Below, piece after piece: positions 1 through 13,989 of a DNA stretch of 64,000 bases. Origin of the DNA: Auanema rhodensis. Taxonomy: Eukaryota; Animalia; Nematoda. A program made the position numbers and the translations under genes. The notes below the pieces were generated by a model. The model made no database searches and was not told the DNA's origin. It saw only the letters and a list, made by a program, of their open reading frames with translations. Positions within the stretch are counted from its first letter, which is position 1. Each line of letters opens with the position of its first letter. The DNA lies in contig OZ059899.1 of NCBI GenBank assembly GCA_964057225.1, positions 8,804,001 through 8,868,000 of the forward strand. The letters run 5' to 3'.

Positions 1-147
1 AAGTATTGTTATGACTATAAAGAAAAGATAAGATAAACTTTTTAAAAAAACATATATATGTGTATATCCTAGTATATAGTAAAGAAACTAAATCTCAAGA
101 ATCTATATTATGATTTCAATCATAAAAATGTTTTTTGATATACTTAC

Positions 148-282
148 TTGATTATCATTTTCTTTCTGTTTGTTACTATTATTATTAGGATCATAGGTAA
201 AGGAAGCTGAACATTCTTTTGAGCAATCATCATCATAAGAAGAAGATGAAGCCGATGGAGACGACGGCGAAGCCGACGACAT
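148..282 (-). CDS. First coding exon of an unknown gene continuing off the left edge (MSSASPSSPSASSSSYDDDCSKECSASFTYDPNNNSNKQKENDNQ)
   Basis: TTTCAG acceptor at 296-291 just upstream of ATG 282; 45 open codons; GTAAGT donor at 147; GC above flanks. Confidence 0.6.
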
Positions 283-3200
283 TTTGAGATCTGAAATAAA
301 CTAATTAAAACAGTTATATATGGATGTTAAATATTTCGAAACAGGAGAAAACAAAGGAAGTTCGTTAGATCATTCAAATTAGGATAATTTGTTTTGAAAT
401 CTATTCGCAAATTATTTCAATATATAGTTTGAATTTGAAATTTAACAACTTTTAATGAGACTTGAGCATATATTGAGCAATTTGTGCTGTAAATGCTTAA
501 ATTTAGGCTTAAATAACAAAAGATATTTTGGACTATGGCTGAACGTTAAACTGAACAGCTGGGATGAATCAGAGATTTCCCAGTTAAACAGAGAAAGGTT
601 TATATTATAAGAAAGATGAAATGAAGCAAATAATTGAACGTAAAATAGAAAATTTCCAATTAGATTGACTTTTTTCTTTCTCTTCTGAAAATTGTTTCAA
701 ATAACTAAGTTTTGCTTTGAGTACGTTTTCTTCAGTTAAACTCTGTTCTTGTGGTTCCAGCAGAAAATAGATTCTGAAGCAGTTTTCTGGTTGAAATGAC
801 TAGAAAACTGACTTTAGAATTTAGGAAATGGACGAAAAAAAAACAGAAAAAAAAACCATTTCATATTGAGAAAATCAACTTTTCTCAAGTTGTTTTTGTG
901 TATTATTAAAGCTTATGAAAAAAAATTTCATACATGCATATATCAACAGCAGGTATTATACTAATCCTCTGAGAAATAAGAATGATTTAAGAAATATCAC
1001 TCAGACTTAGTTTTGAAAGCCGAAACGCTTTTAAAATTTTAACGGCTTAAACAGATACATTTAGCCAAAGTTTGTCCGATTCGTCATGCTATCATTGCTT
1101 AGTAGTTTGGCATCATAATCAAAGATATGCTGTTTTGTGTTTGCAAAAACAACAACAACAACAGATAGCATCGTAAAAGTTATTGAAAAATATATGAAAC
1201 TTTGTGAGATACCTGATCTATGACCACAGAAGGGTAAGCAACATGAGATGCGATATGTCATCGAAGGGCGATGATGATACAACAAAAATAACAACAACAA
1301 CAACAAGTTGTCTCAGCTTCTTCCAAAAGTTGTATATGATGATGACAGATATCACCAGTACTACTCACAAGATTAGCTATGAGCTGAGTATGAATAGATA
1401 GAAGCTCAGAAGCTCAAACTCGTTTCCTCTGCCTTGGGTTCAGTAACGGAAAAAAGGAGATGTCTGGCTTGAACAGACCGGAAAGAGAGTACACATTGCA
1501 AAGAGGGAATGCAATGAGTCAAGGGAAGAAGCAAGACAAAGTGAATGACAACAAGAGAGGCAGAAGAGAAGAAAACAAGATAACGCCGCAAGTGGGACGT
1601 ATGAGCCAGTAGTTATATTCTCTTGAGGATATAAAATAAGTCATTCTTTTCAATGTTGTCCAGAATGCACATGTTTTACTTGTCATATACGGAAATAAGA
1701 AATTAAATGCGAGGAAGAGTGTTGTAATAGAAGATTTGAAAATAACAAAAAAATAAAAGAGAAAGAGCACAGAAACGAAATCACAGGTTGTTTTTTCTCA
1801 GTTATGTATTCATGTATGTACATACATATGTGTATAGCAAAAGAAAAATGTGGGAAAGGATATGGAAAGTTTAGTAAAAACCTTAATCTCTGACTGACAT
1901 TCGACAGACAAGGCAAGGAAATAATGGGTGAGGAGTAGATGAAGTAGCGAATGCAAAAGCAGGAACCCAATATAGTCGGAATTGACGAACAAAATCGGCA
2001 TCTGAGAAATGATGCTGTTGCTACTGCTTTGGCCTCTTCCTTCTATTATCTCTCTGAGACACCAAAAGGGACAGAAAAGAGACACAGGACACAGCAGGGA
2101 AAAAAAGAGAAATATATAGATATATAGAGAGAAAGAGAGAGAAAGAATTAGAGGAGAAAGAGAGAGAGAGAGATAGAGAGAGAAAGAGAATAATACTAGT
2201 ATTGGTCGTTCAGTCCGACATGAATTAGGAAGTTGTGCTGTTCAGCAGCAATGAAAATGAGAAAGAAATTTTGAAGTGAAGCCGTTGTCGTCAATTCTTT
2301 TATATTATTATATATACATATATGCATGCACACATGTGAAATATAAAAATAAATAAAGTAAAGAAGATAAAAAGGATGTACATGCATATGTACGCTGTAA
2401 ACTGTTTAGACTATTCGAAGAAAAAATGATTGTCATATAATAAGATGTAGAGAAATTCAAAAAAACATTTTATAATATATATATATAGTAAAATGAAATA
2501 TAAGTTTTGAAAAATATGTATCATACTTTATATTCATGTAGGAAAGAAAAGTTTTTTATTTAAATCAGAATGTGTATTATGAGCTAGAGCAAACATCTGT
2601 GTTTGTGAATGTTCTCAATGAGATCGACAAGTATAAGATGAGCTTCACACCACTGGAGGAGAGGTGGAGCTTGGGTTTTGAAGTGGGGAGGGAGATGAAA
2701 AAGATGGATGGAGGGAGCTAGAGAATTAGAGGAACACAGGAAAAAAGATCGGTGTGAGAGAGGTAACATATACATAGATACAGTGAATGAACAGAAGAGA
2801 GATACAACGAGATGTATAGATAGACTTACATTAAGTTTGAGAGGGTCGAATGGGAACAAGTCAGAAATGGAAACAGAGGGAAGGGGAGTGGGAATAGAAG
2901 ATGAAAGAGAGATAGAGTAGGGAAAAGAGAAAAACTACGAGAGAGTATGGAAGAGAAAGAAAATAAGTAAAGTAAGGTAAAAATCACAATGCAAGACTAA
3001 AACAAATTCAAAATGAAGTGGTTGCTAAAGAACAATTCAGGTAATGTAAGTTTTTTAATATTAAACTGAAATTTTTAAAAATCACATGAGTTTTATCATC
3101 TCCTTCTTGTTACTCTCTGTTTAGCTTTTTACGATTTAATATCCAGAAGTATTCAGTAGCTGAGAAAAAAACCCCACAAGTTGTTTTGTCAACTAAACTT

Positions 3201-6200
3201 ATTGAAAAATATAAAAAAATAACTAAAATAAAAATCGTCCAAAAAAAGTATAGAACACACAACATTGTGCAGAATAAATAATTTTTCTCAACTCAAAACT
3301 AAGCATAAAATGATATAAATTCATATTTTAGGGTATATACATAGGTCTGAATTTTATGAAAAATTGTGAAAAAAAGTGTACGATGAACAGCATCACATAC
3401 ATATAATTCTTTCAGAAAAATATTCTTTCTGTCTTTTTTTGTTCTCAAAAATCATAATAAGGAAATTAGAGGTGTGGAAGATAGAGAAATAGGCAGATTA
3501 TCTGTTTGTATCATGCAGATCGTCTAGATTCAAACTTTGAAAGTAATTCATGAAATCAGAAGAGGAAGAGAATATTGTTGTTTGACCACTGGTCTTTGGA
3601 AAAAGACAAAAAGAGAAAAAAACAATTTTAAGAATAGTCATAGCAGCTTATAAGATGTATGTTACCTTTATATACTATAATTGAAAATAAATTAAATTAC
3701 CTTCATAAAATATTGCGCGTATTACTGTTGCATAATACCAGGATAGACTCATGTTAACTAACAAAAAAAAAGGAGAAATGATTCTCCGTTTTCTGTAGTA
3801 TTTATAGGAAAAAAATTATATTGATGTCTGATATGACTGTTCTATGAAGTACTATTCGTCCATTACTTATTATACTAATTCGTTTACAATTCAACTCAAA
3901 GAACGTTAGAAATACATCCAACTTAAGCTATTATGCAAAACAAGAAACTAAAGCATCAACAAACAATATAACTCAATTTTATTTTTGTTTGTACTATAGA
4001 TGATATATATATATAATATATTTATTTATTTTCTTGAAATATGACCATATTTTCAAATATTTTCTAAGAAAATTTGAAAAATTTAAATTAATATGATGAG
4101 AATAAAGAAATGAAACTTGGGGATGTTTCCCGCTAAGCTTTGAGAAACAGCAACTTTAAAAGGAAAAGTAGAAGGAAGCTGTAAACGAAAATAAAATTAA
4201 AGAAGGATTATTTTGGAAACATACAGAAGAAGGACAGGGATCTCTTTTCCTCTTTTCATTTATATAAATATATTTATATTGATTGATTAATATTATCGTT
4301 TATGTAATCTTTAATTGCTTCCATATAAGCTCAACTACGTGCTGTTCACAAACTTTGTACATTCGACAACTTCGAATTACGATCAGTGAACATGAAAGGA
4401 TTATAAGCTGTATATTCAATTGAACAGAAAAACACTGAGAATAGGCTTTTTTCTCAAAAATCAGAAAATAAAAAAGAAAATCAAAAACGGAAGAATAGAA
4501 AATCATATTGTAATTTATCAAATATCACAAGTTGATATTATATAAAACCAGTTTGATGAATGGTTTGCCATGTACGTTCTATGAAGTTCGAGAGCAACTT
4601 TCTATTTGTTTTGAGGAAAACAGTTTCTATGATTATAAATATTGGTTTCTAATGAATATATACATATATTTTTATTATATATTATTAATAAAAGTAAGTT
4701 AATGAAAATATCTTTTGATCTTATTCCGATTTTTTGCATTTTGCAATTTGTTTGTTAAAAATAGTAAATTCTAAGGTGAATGGAACACTAAATAATATAA
4801 CAAAGCATAAAGTACAAAATAAATTAAAGCTTTCTTATTTTTTTCGTATTCCATTGCATTTGAAGATGTTATTAGGAAATATGAAGCAAAACAAATTGAG
4901 AAAATGGCCTTGAACTACAAGTATGTTTTATCTTTGTCCTATCAACTAGCGTAATCAAATCTTTATTTTGTTCTTGTTTTCAAAAAAAAAATTCTATTAA
5001 GGATTTAGAAAAAAATTTTCAATATTCATATACATGAAAGAAAATATTTCTTTCATTTTCATTAAATATATGTGTGATAAGCGATATAATCAAAGAGTAG
5101 AGTCTATTTTATAAAAGACTGCGAAGAAAAATTGGCAATAAATAACAATTTGGCTTTTTCGCAACTCTTCAAAGAAAATCTTTTGCATAGTAAGTAAATA
5201 ATAATAAAATATAATAAAACATTATATGAAAGCCTTTTTTGCAAATTTCTTCAAACTCATAAAATTTATGACCAAATTTTATAAAATTTAGTTAAGCTTC
5301 TCATCACGTAGCTATAACAGAATTATATCAATTATTCTATTTATAATCGTTTGTATTTTAATTGTTTTAACATCACGTTTACAGATTAAAGTTGAAAGTT
5401 TACATATTATATATACAGTTTTTTAGTTTAAAAACTAGTATTAAGAGCCGATTATGACTAATATATCTGCTAACAGCAAATAATAATCCGAATTTTGTAT
5501 GAAAATTTCAAATAGTGAATATTGAAGTTAGAAGACAAACCAGAATGTTATAGGTAAAATATAGAAATATTGATGAGGTAAAAGAAAAAAAGGAAGAAAT
5601 CCAAATCAAAATTAATTTTATGATTTTATTTTTTTTTTCGAGAACAAAAAAGAAGAAATATAAACGAAAGCTATGCAAGAGGGCTTGCAAGACTTCATCA
5701 TCTCGATAAATATCTTAAAAATCAAATATTCATAAGAGATATAACTGAATTATTTTATTAAAATATATAATTGAAATTATATAATTTAATAATTTTATTG
5801 AGTCTTCACTCAATTGTTTGTTAACAATGATAACTATACTACAAACAACTATAAAAATTTTATGAAATAAAATAAAAAACAATATAGATTTAATATATTT
5901 TCTTTAAATAATTATTAACTATATAAGTATAGTTCTAAACAACAAAAAAAGAACAAAAATAATTGAAAAGAAAGATGAGATAGATATACGTAGATGGCTA
6001 CCTTTTTCTTTGTCAAATTCATTTGATCTCATTCGCTCTTTTCTTTTCCAAATGAACATTGAAAAAGGTTTTTCTTAGGCCAATTGTCAAGAGCTTCTCG
6101 CGCAACGAATGACGAGTGGTCTCAGAAGAGTCAAGATTAGCTGAGGAGAACATTTGAAAATTTGAAAAAAAAAAGTTTGTTCTTTCACTTACACTCCGTC

Positions 6201-7465
6201 TCTCTCACAACGCCCAACTTCTTCTCTTTGTTAATTTACTCTGTCTAGTACATTTATCAGCTTTCTTCGAACTTTCCTTCATCTTGTCAATTGAATACAA
6301 ACAAACTGATACAGATTCATACAGCCTTTTCTCAGTAAACCTTTCTTCATCTCTTTTTTTAGTTTCAAACTAATTTTTAAAAATTTTTTTCAATATCTTG
6401 CAGAATATTTGAAGTTAATTTTAGTTGTTGTTGGTTTTAGATATATGAGAATAGTTATATTTTTAGTTTTTATGTAAAAGTAAACTATTTCTTAACTCAA
6501 ATATAAAAAATTATATTGTTAATGATGTCACATCTTTCATACTACTTCTTAGATGAAATTTAGAACAACAAAAAAAAACGTCAGATCTGTGATCTCTTAC
6601 ATTTTTGAAGTTTACAATAGTAACAAAAGCAAATAATTTATTAAGAAACTGATATTGTAAGGAGATAGGCAAATAGCTTAAGTATTTAAAAGAAAAACTT
6701 CGTTGTTAAGCATGATTTTTTGAAAAATTGTAAAAGATTCAAAAATAATAATAGTCGGTCTGTAGTGCTCCTCAAGCCTGCAAATGCCGATAAACTTTTT
6801 TCACAAAATATAATCGAGAAAAGATCAATGTGAAATAATTGTTTAGATTAGATGGGTGGAAAACGAAATGACGGCCGTTTAAGCAAACTTTGAAATCTAA
6901 ATAAAATCAAAAAATGCTTTTCCTTTGTTTTAACGGTAATAACGATATGTGAATTGATCTATTATCCGATATTTATAAAACAAAGAAGAGGATTATGAAT
7001 GTTTTTTTCAGCTTTATCATAGCTTACATCATCATATATTGTAGAAATTGCATAGTGCCAAATATGCACACATATATACTATATACTATATATATATATA
7101 TATATATATTATATTATATAATATGTATATCAGGGATGTGTTGTTATCCAGTCCGTAACTACCTGTTTTTTCATAGTTTTGTGATTCGTCATATAATGAT
7201 GTAAAGTATTTATCATTAAACTTAGAATAGTTAGAGGTGGATCAACTGAACAAGTTAATCATCTTAAAATAACCCAAATTAATTAATCAATAATAAAAGT
7301 TATATATGTAATTATATAGTGTATTATTTGTAATAATATTGATAAAAATAGAATAATAATTGTTTTATTTGATGTTTTATAAATCAATAATAAACGAACT
7401 ATTATAAACTTATTAATTATATATATATATATATTTATTTATATATATTTAGAAAATTAACTATA

Positions 7466-10095
7466 TCAATAAGTCCAACAAATAGCTAATAGAATTGTAA
7501 ATATGGCGGAAAATCCGAGAGATGATGCCATCTTATCAACAGGACCTAAAAATGAAAATTTAATAGACCTATTAAAGAAAGTATAAAAGCTAAATACCGA
7601 TGTAGCTAATAACGGCATCGTGAATTTGTTTTCTAGCAGCGATTAATGCTGGTGGTTCACCCTTATATGAAGGATACATATCCGAACAATGTGCAGTTCC
7701 TGTAGTTAAAATATAAATAAAAGTTATATTTTTGATTTAAATTTAAATAAAAATATTAAATATTAAACGAACCATTGATCAATACCCATGTAGCAGTAGC
7801 GGTATTGTTACCGTAGTATCCAAGAGCATGCCAAGGATCAAGAGAACCATTTGGCAAAATCACATTAGTAGCCTTTAATATTATAAAATAAATATATAAA
7901 TTGTATAAAAAAATAGAGCAAAACATGTAAATTCTAGGAATTAACAAAAGAAAAAAAGAAACATATGCGTGTTATGTTATTAATTAATTTTTGTCTGTTA
8001 TTTTACCTAATCTGAGAGAAGATTAGCACAGATTCTCTATATAACATATATATGATTTGATTTTCTAATCAAAAATTATAAACTTTGAAAAGAAAACTTG
8101 TTTTTTTGAGTTATTTGATAATGGAGTTATACAATTAATACTTCAATGTGATTAGGATACTCACGGTATAGTAATCGGCTCCTCCGAAATAATTTTGAGT
8201 TTTAACGTTTCCATCAAACAAATGATACATATCAGTTCCAAACATATCGACACACATGTTGATAAAGAGGCTGAAAAATTTTATACTGAGAAGCTTAAAA
8301 GCTTACAAAATGTACTTCAAAGGTACAGTGCTTCCAAAGATATTGGAGCCTTGGTCAGTCGTTTGCATATAGCCAACTTGGTTACAGCATAACCACATCC
8401 ATCCACGAGCAGCTCCTAAATATAGACAATTGCATTATCAGTTATTAATGATTTAACTGCTTACCCAAATCTTTACCAAGAGCTGTTAAGTTTCCGGTAG
8501 ATACTGGTAGAATAGCAGCCTTATAGTCATTGGCGAAAGAATCATCTGTGGCACCCTCAAGTTTGTTCATGCTGAAAGTGAAATTATTTTTAATAAAAAA
8601 TTTCATAAAGTTTATTAAAACGTACAAAGTATTCAATTGATAAATACGATTCAGAAGTGTTCCATTACCAGTCATTATATCACATAATTTTCTATCAGTT
8701 TGGTCAGCTTCTGTTTTTTGTGACTTAATTTAATTCATTTCATCCATAAGTTTATAAAATGACTCACTTGACCATCATAAGTATATTGAGTCATGCCTTG
8801 GAAAGTGTTGAAAAGATTTCCAAAGAAGTTGTTGATGTCAAGCTTGGTAGCGTCATCTTTGAAAGGAGGGGTAAGTCTGAAGTTGGATGATAAAACGAAC
8901 ATGTATTTGAAAATGATGACAAAGTCTATCAGCCGTATAATTGATTTATGATTTTGGTTTTGCTCATTAATACCACACAGCCAATAGTCTTCTATTAGAA
9001 AAATTGTATTTGACCCTACTTTAATTCATTGCTTAATGTCTTTCTTCCCTCTTTGCTTAATGAAAGTTGTTGCATCAGTTGGAATGCATCACTAGTAGCT
9101 TTAGCGCATTCAGGCTGAGTCAGAAGTAAATCATCGCTAACAACCATAGCATATTCTATAGATGTATAAAAAAATTTAAAATCTTCCAATATTGAGATAC
9201 TTACCAAAGAAATCAAGTTTTAGGTTGATTGGAGCGCTACTGGCGACTGCTCCTACGGTATGGGTTGGATACTTCTGACGGAACCAAGCAGAAAGAGCTC
9301 CTGAAAAACTTTATTACTTTTTATTTTTTTCTTGTATTTGTTAGAAATTCATATATTTAACAATATTTTGATAAATATACCTGGATAACTTCCTCCGAAA
9401 GTGACCCATTTAGGATTATTGTATTTCATTTGAACATTCATTTGTTCAATAAAATAAGCTAAATCAGCTAAAGCTTGCTCAATGGTCAACAGTCTCAAAC
9501 TCTGAGTACTCATGTCACTAAAAACTTTTTTTAAAAAACATTTTCAAGATATTTCATGTACGCTGTAGGGTAACTATCTCCGAAAAATCTGTGTTCCAAA
9601 TCAAAAACTTCAGCTCCAATCTCTTTTGCCCATTGAAGGTATTGAACCTATGTTATTTACATAGAAGTATCAACTGACAACTTAAAACCTACGTTTTCAT
9701 CTCCAGTCCATTTTTTGCTTTCTGGCCCCTCACCACCAATCATCAAAAAGATAACATTATTATGTTTTGAGAAAGAAGGATTATAATAATATTTCTGAAA
9801 TTAATGATATACATATGTAATTCGAAAATTATTTCTATTTAGTATACTTGTTTCCATGTAGCATTACTGGTCAGATCATTGTGGTCCACAATTTGATCAA
9901 AATATTTAGTTTGAACTTGTGGATATTTGTCTGTTGCATCACCTTCAGCACTCACAACATCTTTTTCGAATAATTTTCTATAACTATAATTTAAAAAAGG
10001 AAAAAAAAATTTTACAACCTTCTCAGCTGAGATGGACTTCTGAGTAGAGCATCAACTCCCACAAGAAGGAAGCAGATCAAAAATAATTTGGTCAT
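7466..10095 (-). CDS. Serine carboxypeptidase S28 family (pcp/prolylcarboxypeptidase-like), multi-exon, signal peptide and GPI-like hydrophobic C-terminus
   Basis: Spliced motifs [10 protein letters not shown] (catalytic Ser), [27 protein letters not shown] (Asp), [10 protein letters not shown] (His); N-term [16 protein letters not shown]; C-term [19 protein letters not shown]. Confidence 0.92.
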
Positions 10096-10748
10096 AACTG
10101 CCTGAACGTTTTTGAAAATTTTTTTTAAATGTAAAGGATTTTATATTTATACTATACATAATTTCAAACTTTAAGTACTATTGTACTTAAAAACAAATTA
10201 AACTTTAAAAGGAATGTAATTACATGTAAAAAAAAATATTTTAAGACAATAAGTTCAAAATTAAAAATGAAATTTTTTTTTATGTCTGAAAGCTGTAAAA
10301 TTGCAAGCCTTTCTAGAACGATGTCTAAATCTTATGTAAGTCTATATCGAAAGTATCCTAAAGACTAGAGAAAAGATTAAATTCAGTTGATAAGAAATTT
10401 GAGAATACAAGTATTGATAAGGAATTTTGAGTCCCTTTAATATATTCAATGATTCAGATAAACTTTTCGTAGGTAAAAACCATTTCAATTTGTTTATCAA
10501 AATGTATAATTAAGCAGAATAAATCATAATCAATCGCATATTTTTGAAACAACAATAAGTATTTAAAACTGCAATACATAGCAAATTAGCTGGATAAGAT
10601 GAGCATTATGAATGCATTTTGAAGAAGTTACACCCACATGATACAGAACGAATGAAGGAAGTCATAGCTTCACAGAAGTTCAAATTTTTAAATTCGTATC
10701 CACATTCTAAACTTTCGCTAAGTTGCATCTTTTTTCTTTCAGCTAAAA

Positions 10749-12855
10749 ATGACTTTAGTCTTTGAAATAAATCCAATATCAACAAATATTTGGTCTATTG
10801 TTGAAAATGATGTTAGAAATTGTCGTCCTCTTTCATATTTAATTGTTGGCGACGAAAAAGGTATTTAAAACTTTTTTTTTATTTAATTTTAATTTTTTCA
10901 AATTAAGTTTTACTTATTGATACTGGATGTGGTTATGGTAATATGTATTTATTTGTTCGAAAGCTCCCTCAAGTTGGAACAAAAAAAATAATTGTCGTCA
11001 ATACACATAATCATCCAGAACAAGTTTGTTATAAATTAGTTTCATCAACTTTTTCTCCTTGTATGTACAAGCAGTGGGTGTGTACCCAAAATCCGGTATA
11101 CTCCAGGAATTTGGAATAAGTTATATAACTAGTGTAAAGAGCAATAGCCTGCCTTAAGTTCGAAATTAAAATTTTAGAAATTTAAAAATTCAAAAACATT
11201 GATGAAGATTAGTAGGTTTATTCGATATATTCCTCTAAACTGCAAAAAAGCATTATAGGGTTATGAAAAAAAATTGCTGTCTGCCAGAGGAAGACAGTTA
11301 CTCAAATTTTTCTCATAAAATGTAGATCAAAAATATATTATGATAGAAGGTTGTATATTATTGTAATGGGTAGTATGCTCCAAATCGGTTCTCTGAGCCT
11401 TTGGATGTAATTATCTTCTATTTAATAATTTACTTACCAAATTTTCGAACCACTTTTTTGACTGTTTCCCTCCTGATGCTGAACTGTTGTTGTTCGCGAG
11501 CCAGTTCGGCTTGCCAATTTAAAAACTCTCTCCATATTGACTCCATTTGAATGTTTTTGTCCAACGAAACTGATCTTCTTGTTAGTTTCTCTAACTCCTT
11601 CTGGAGTAGCAGTTCGGCAGCAGTTTTCCTCTGGAGTTCACTACACTTACTAACTCTTTTTTAAAAAATTTTTTATGATAATTGCTTTGACTGTATATTG
11701 AATACTATCTATTGATTTTTCCGGAAGCAAAAAAAATAATTTTTAACAAAAGGTTTATCCGGAGTCTCCATGAAGTACAATGAGTCTCTAAAACCTCTAG
11801 GCAGTGGATAAGCCTAAGCCTGAGTCTCGAATAGTACTAGATATGTTCTGTATACATCAATTCATTTAGTCCACTTCATTTGAATGAAAGGGGGGATAGC
11901 ATAAAAGCGATAAGAGAAAACTTTGTTTCTAAACTTATAAAAACTTTTTTAGACTGGAGGAAATCAAAATTTCTCTACTACAGGAAAATGGGGTTTGGCA
12001 TTACAAGTGGAAGATCTGTGTGCTTCAAAAAAAAATAAATATTACACACGATTAATGGATAGTAGCTGGCATTGGGAAGTAATTATATAATAAATTAATT
12101 TTAATAAAAAATGTATTTATTCTATATTATAGGTTGGAACATATAAAGTTACAAAATGGTTAAATGATTGTGATATCATATACTTAGGATCTTCAGAAAA
12201 TTTGATTAATATTGTAAAAGTTTGTCTCATATTTCTTGAAATTTTAATGAAGAAAATTATTTGTTCTAGATTATGTGGACACCTGGTCATACACCGGATA
12301 GTCTTGTGCTCTGGTATGAGTATGATTCCCGTATATTTCTTGGAGATCTGTTTTATCGATTTGATGATATTCATTTTACGTAATGTTTATTTTGATATAC
12401 TATACACATAATATTTAATAATATTTTAGATATAAATATACAGATATTAAAGAATATGAATCATCTGTTCGTCGAATATTAAAATTTATTAACAATCAGC
12501 CGAATTATAGAGATGTATTTATATAATATTATATTGAAAATTTAATCTAAAAATCTATTTATTTCAGATTAAATATTCATCTGCAAAAAATGATACAAAT
12601 AATCATTGTTTGCCACAATTAAAGCATTACCATCGGTTCTTGCTTTCAATTTTTGCTGGAACACAAAGCGGTATACCTTTGAGGCTTGTAATACATTGTA
12701 TGTTGAACACTTACTTAATCAATTGTAGAATAGATGAAGCTGAGGGATGGCGATATGAAACAAGAGATAAAGCCATGAGAATTGTTTTAGGAAGGAGCAT
12801 TGTTCAAGTTTTGAATGAAGCTCGCGAAAAAGCCCAACAAAAAATTTCGATATAA
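10749..12855 (+). CDS. Metallo-beta-lactamase-fold protein (MBLAC2-like) with atypical metal motif
   Basis: TTTCAG then ATG; spliced YLIVGDEK-VLLIDTGCG, VVNTHNHPEQ|TGG, WTPGHTPDS, IFLGDLFY; ends KAQQKISI*. Confidence 0.8.
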
Positions 12856-13089
12856 CTTGCTAGTACATTTTAATAGAAAAAATACAATTTTATTTTTAAA
12901 ATCATTTTTTCATCATATTCAAAAGTTTTATTCAAATATGAATTAATCTATATTATTTGAAATATATTGATATACTGTTAATAAATCATTAAAATCTATG
13001 GTTATGTTGTCTAGTATTAAACCATATGAAATTCCAATAAATGAGTTACCTTTTTAATTTCAGGAATACGTTCAAAATGAGAATATTTT

Positions 13090-13780
13090 AGTTTGTTTTT
13101 TACATATAAAAGAATAAAATGGTTTTCAATTGTTTAGACATAATTTACTTCGTCTTGAACCGTCTTTTCCCATCTTTCTTCTAATTTTTGTAAGCCACCC
13201 CTTGAAAAATGCTTACATTTACTCGCGAAAAACTCTGTTAAAAATGTTCCGAATTCTTCCATGTTTTTAAAATCTGGACCTCTAAGGAAATGCTTCATAG
13301 ATCGAAACAGATAATAATCCGTTGGAGCCAAATCAGGAGAATAAGGATCAAGAACATCCCATACAAATTCTTCCAATTTCTCTTTTATCATCTTGCTCAC
13401 ACGGGTGTCTCACATTTTCCTATAAAAATGATATTCTTCTTCTTCTCGGTCGTTTTTCTTTAATATCATCGTTCACTTTCTATAACTGTTCACAATATTT
13501 CTCACTAGTTACAGTCGCGCCATGTTTCAATAGTTCCCAGAGAACAGAACTCTGTCAGAATCCCACAACACGTAACAGAAGACTCAAAATGTTTAGAGCA
13601 GTGTGTAGACATTTGCCTATCATATCACATTTTTCTTTTCTTTTTTTCTTTAAAATGTATAGACGATGTTCGTGCACTCAAGTCATCGAGATCAGAATAT
13701 TTCTTTCCATTCTCCACAACATTTATTCGTTTACAAAGTTTTTTAAAGAGTTTTTACTTTCGAGATGTATATACATATAA
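13090..13780 (-). mobile_element. Degenerate, internally deleted mariner (Tc1/mariner) transposon
   Basis: PYSPDLAPTDYYLFRSMKHFLRG...GLQKLEERWEK (mariner third-Asp motif); upstream WELLKHGATVTSEKYCEQL* with in-frame stop; no intact TIRs seen, so boundaries are approximate. Confidence 0.88.
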
Positions 13781-13989
13781 TAATAAAACAACCAATATTT
13801 GTCAGAAATTCTTGAATCAGAGTCTTAGTATCTGGAGATTTGATTAGTCATACACATGGACATAGAATTACAATGTCTTTTAATCATTTTGCGAAGTAAA
13901 CATATTCATTCGGAAAAAGCAATATTTCATGGATTAATCACATTATAGAGCCAACATATAGAAAGATGCTACTGCAAGAAGAAGATAGC

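Noticed and set aside
1000-3000. Overlapping ORFs over AAC and GA tracts
   Set aside because: Low-complexity artefacts, likely upstream regulatory DNA of the left-edge gene
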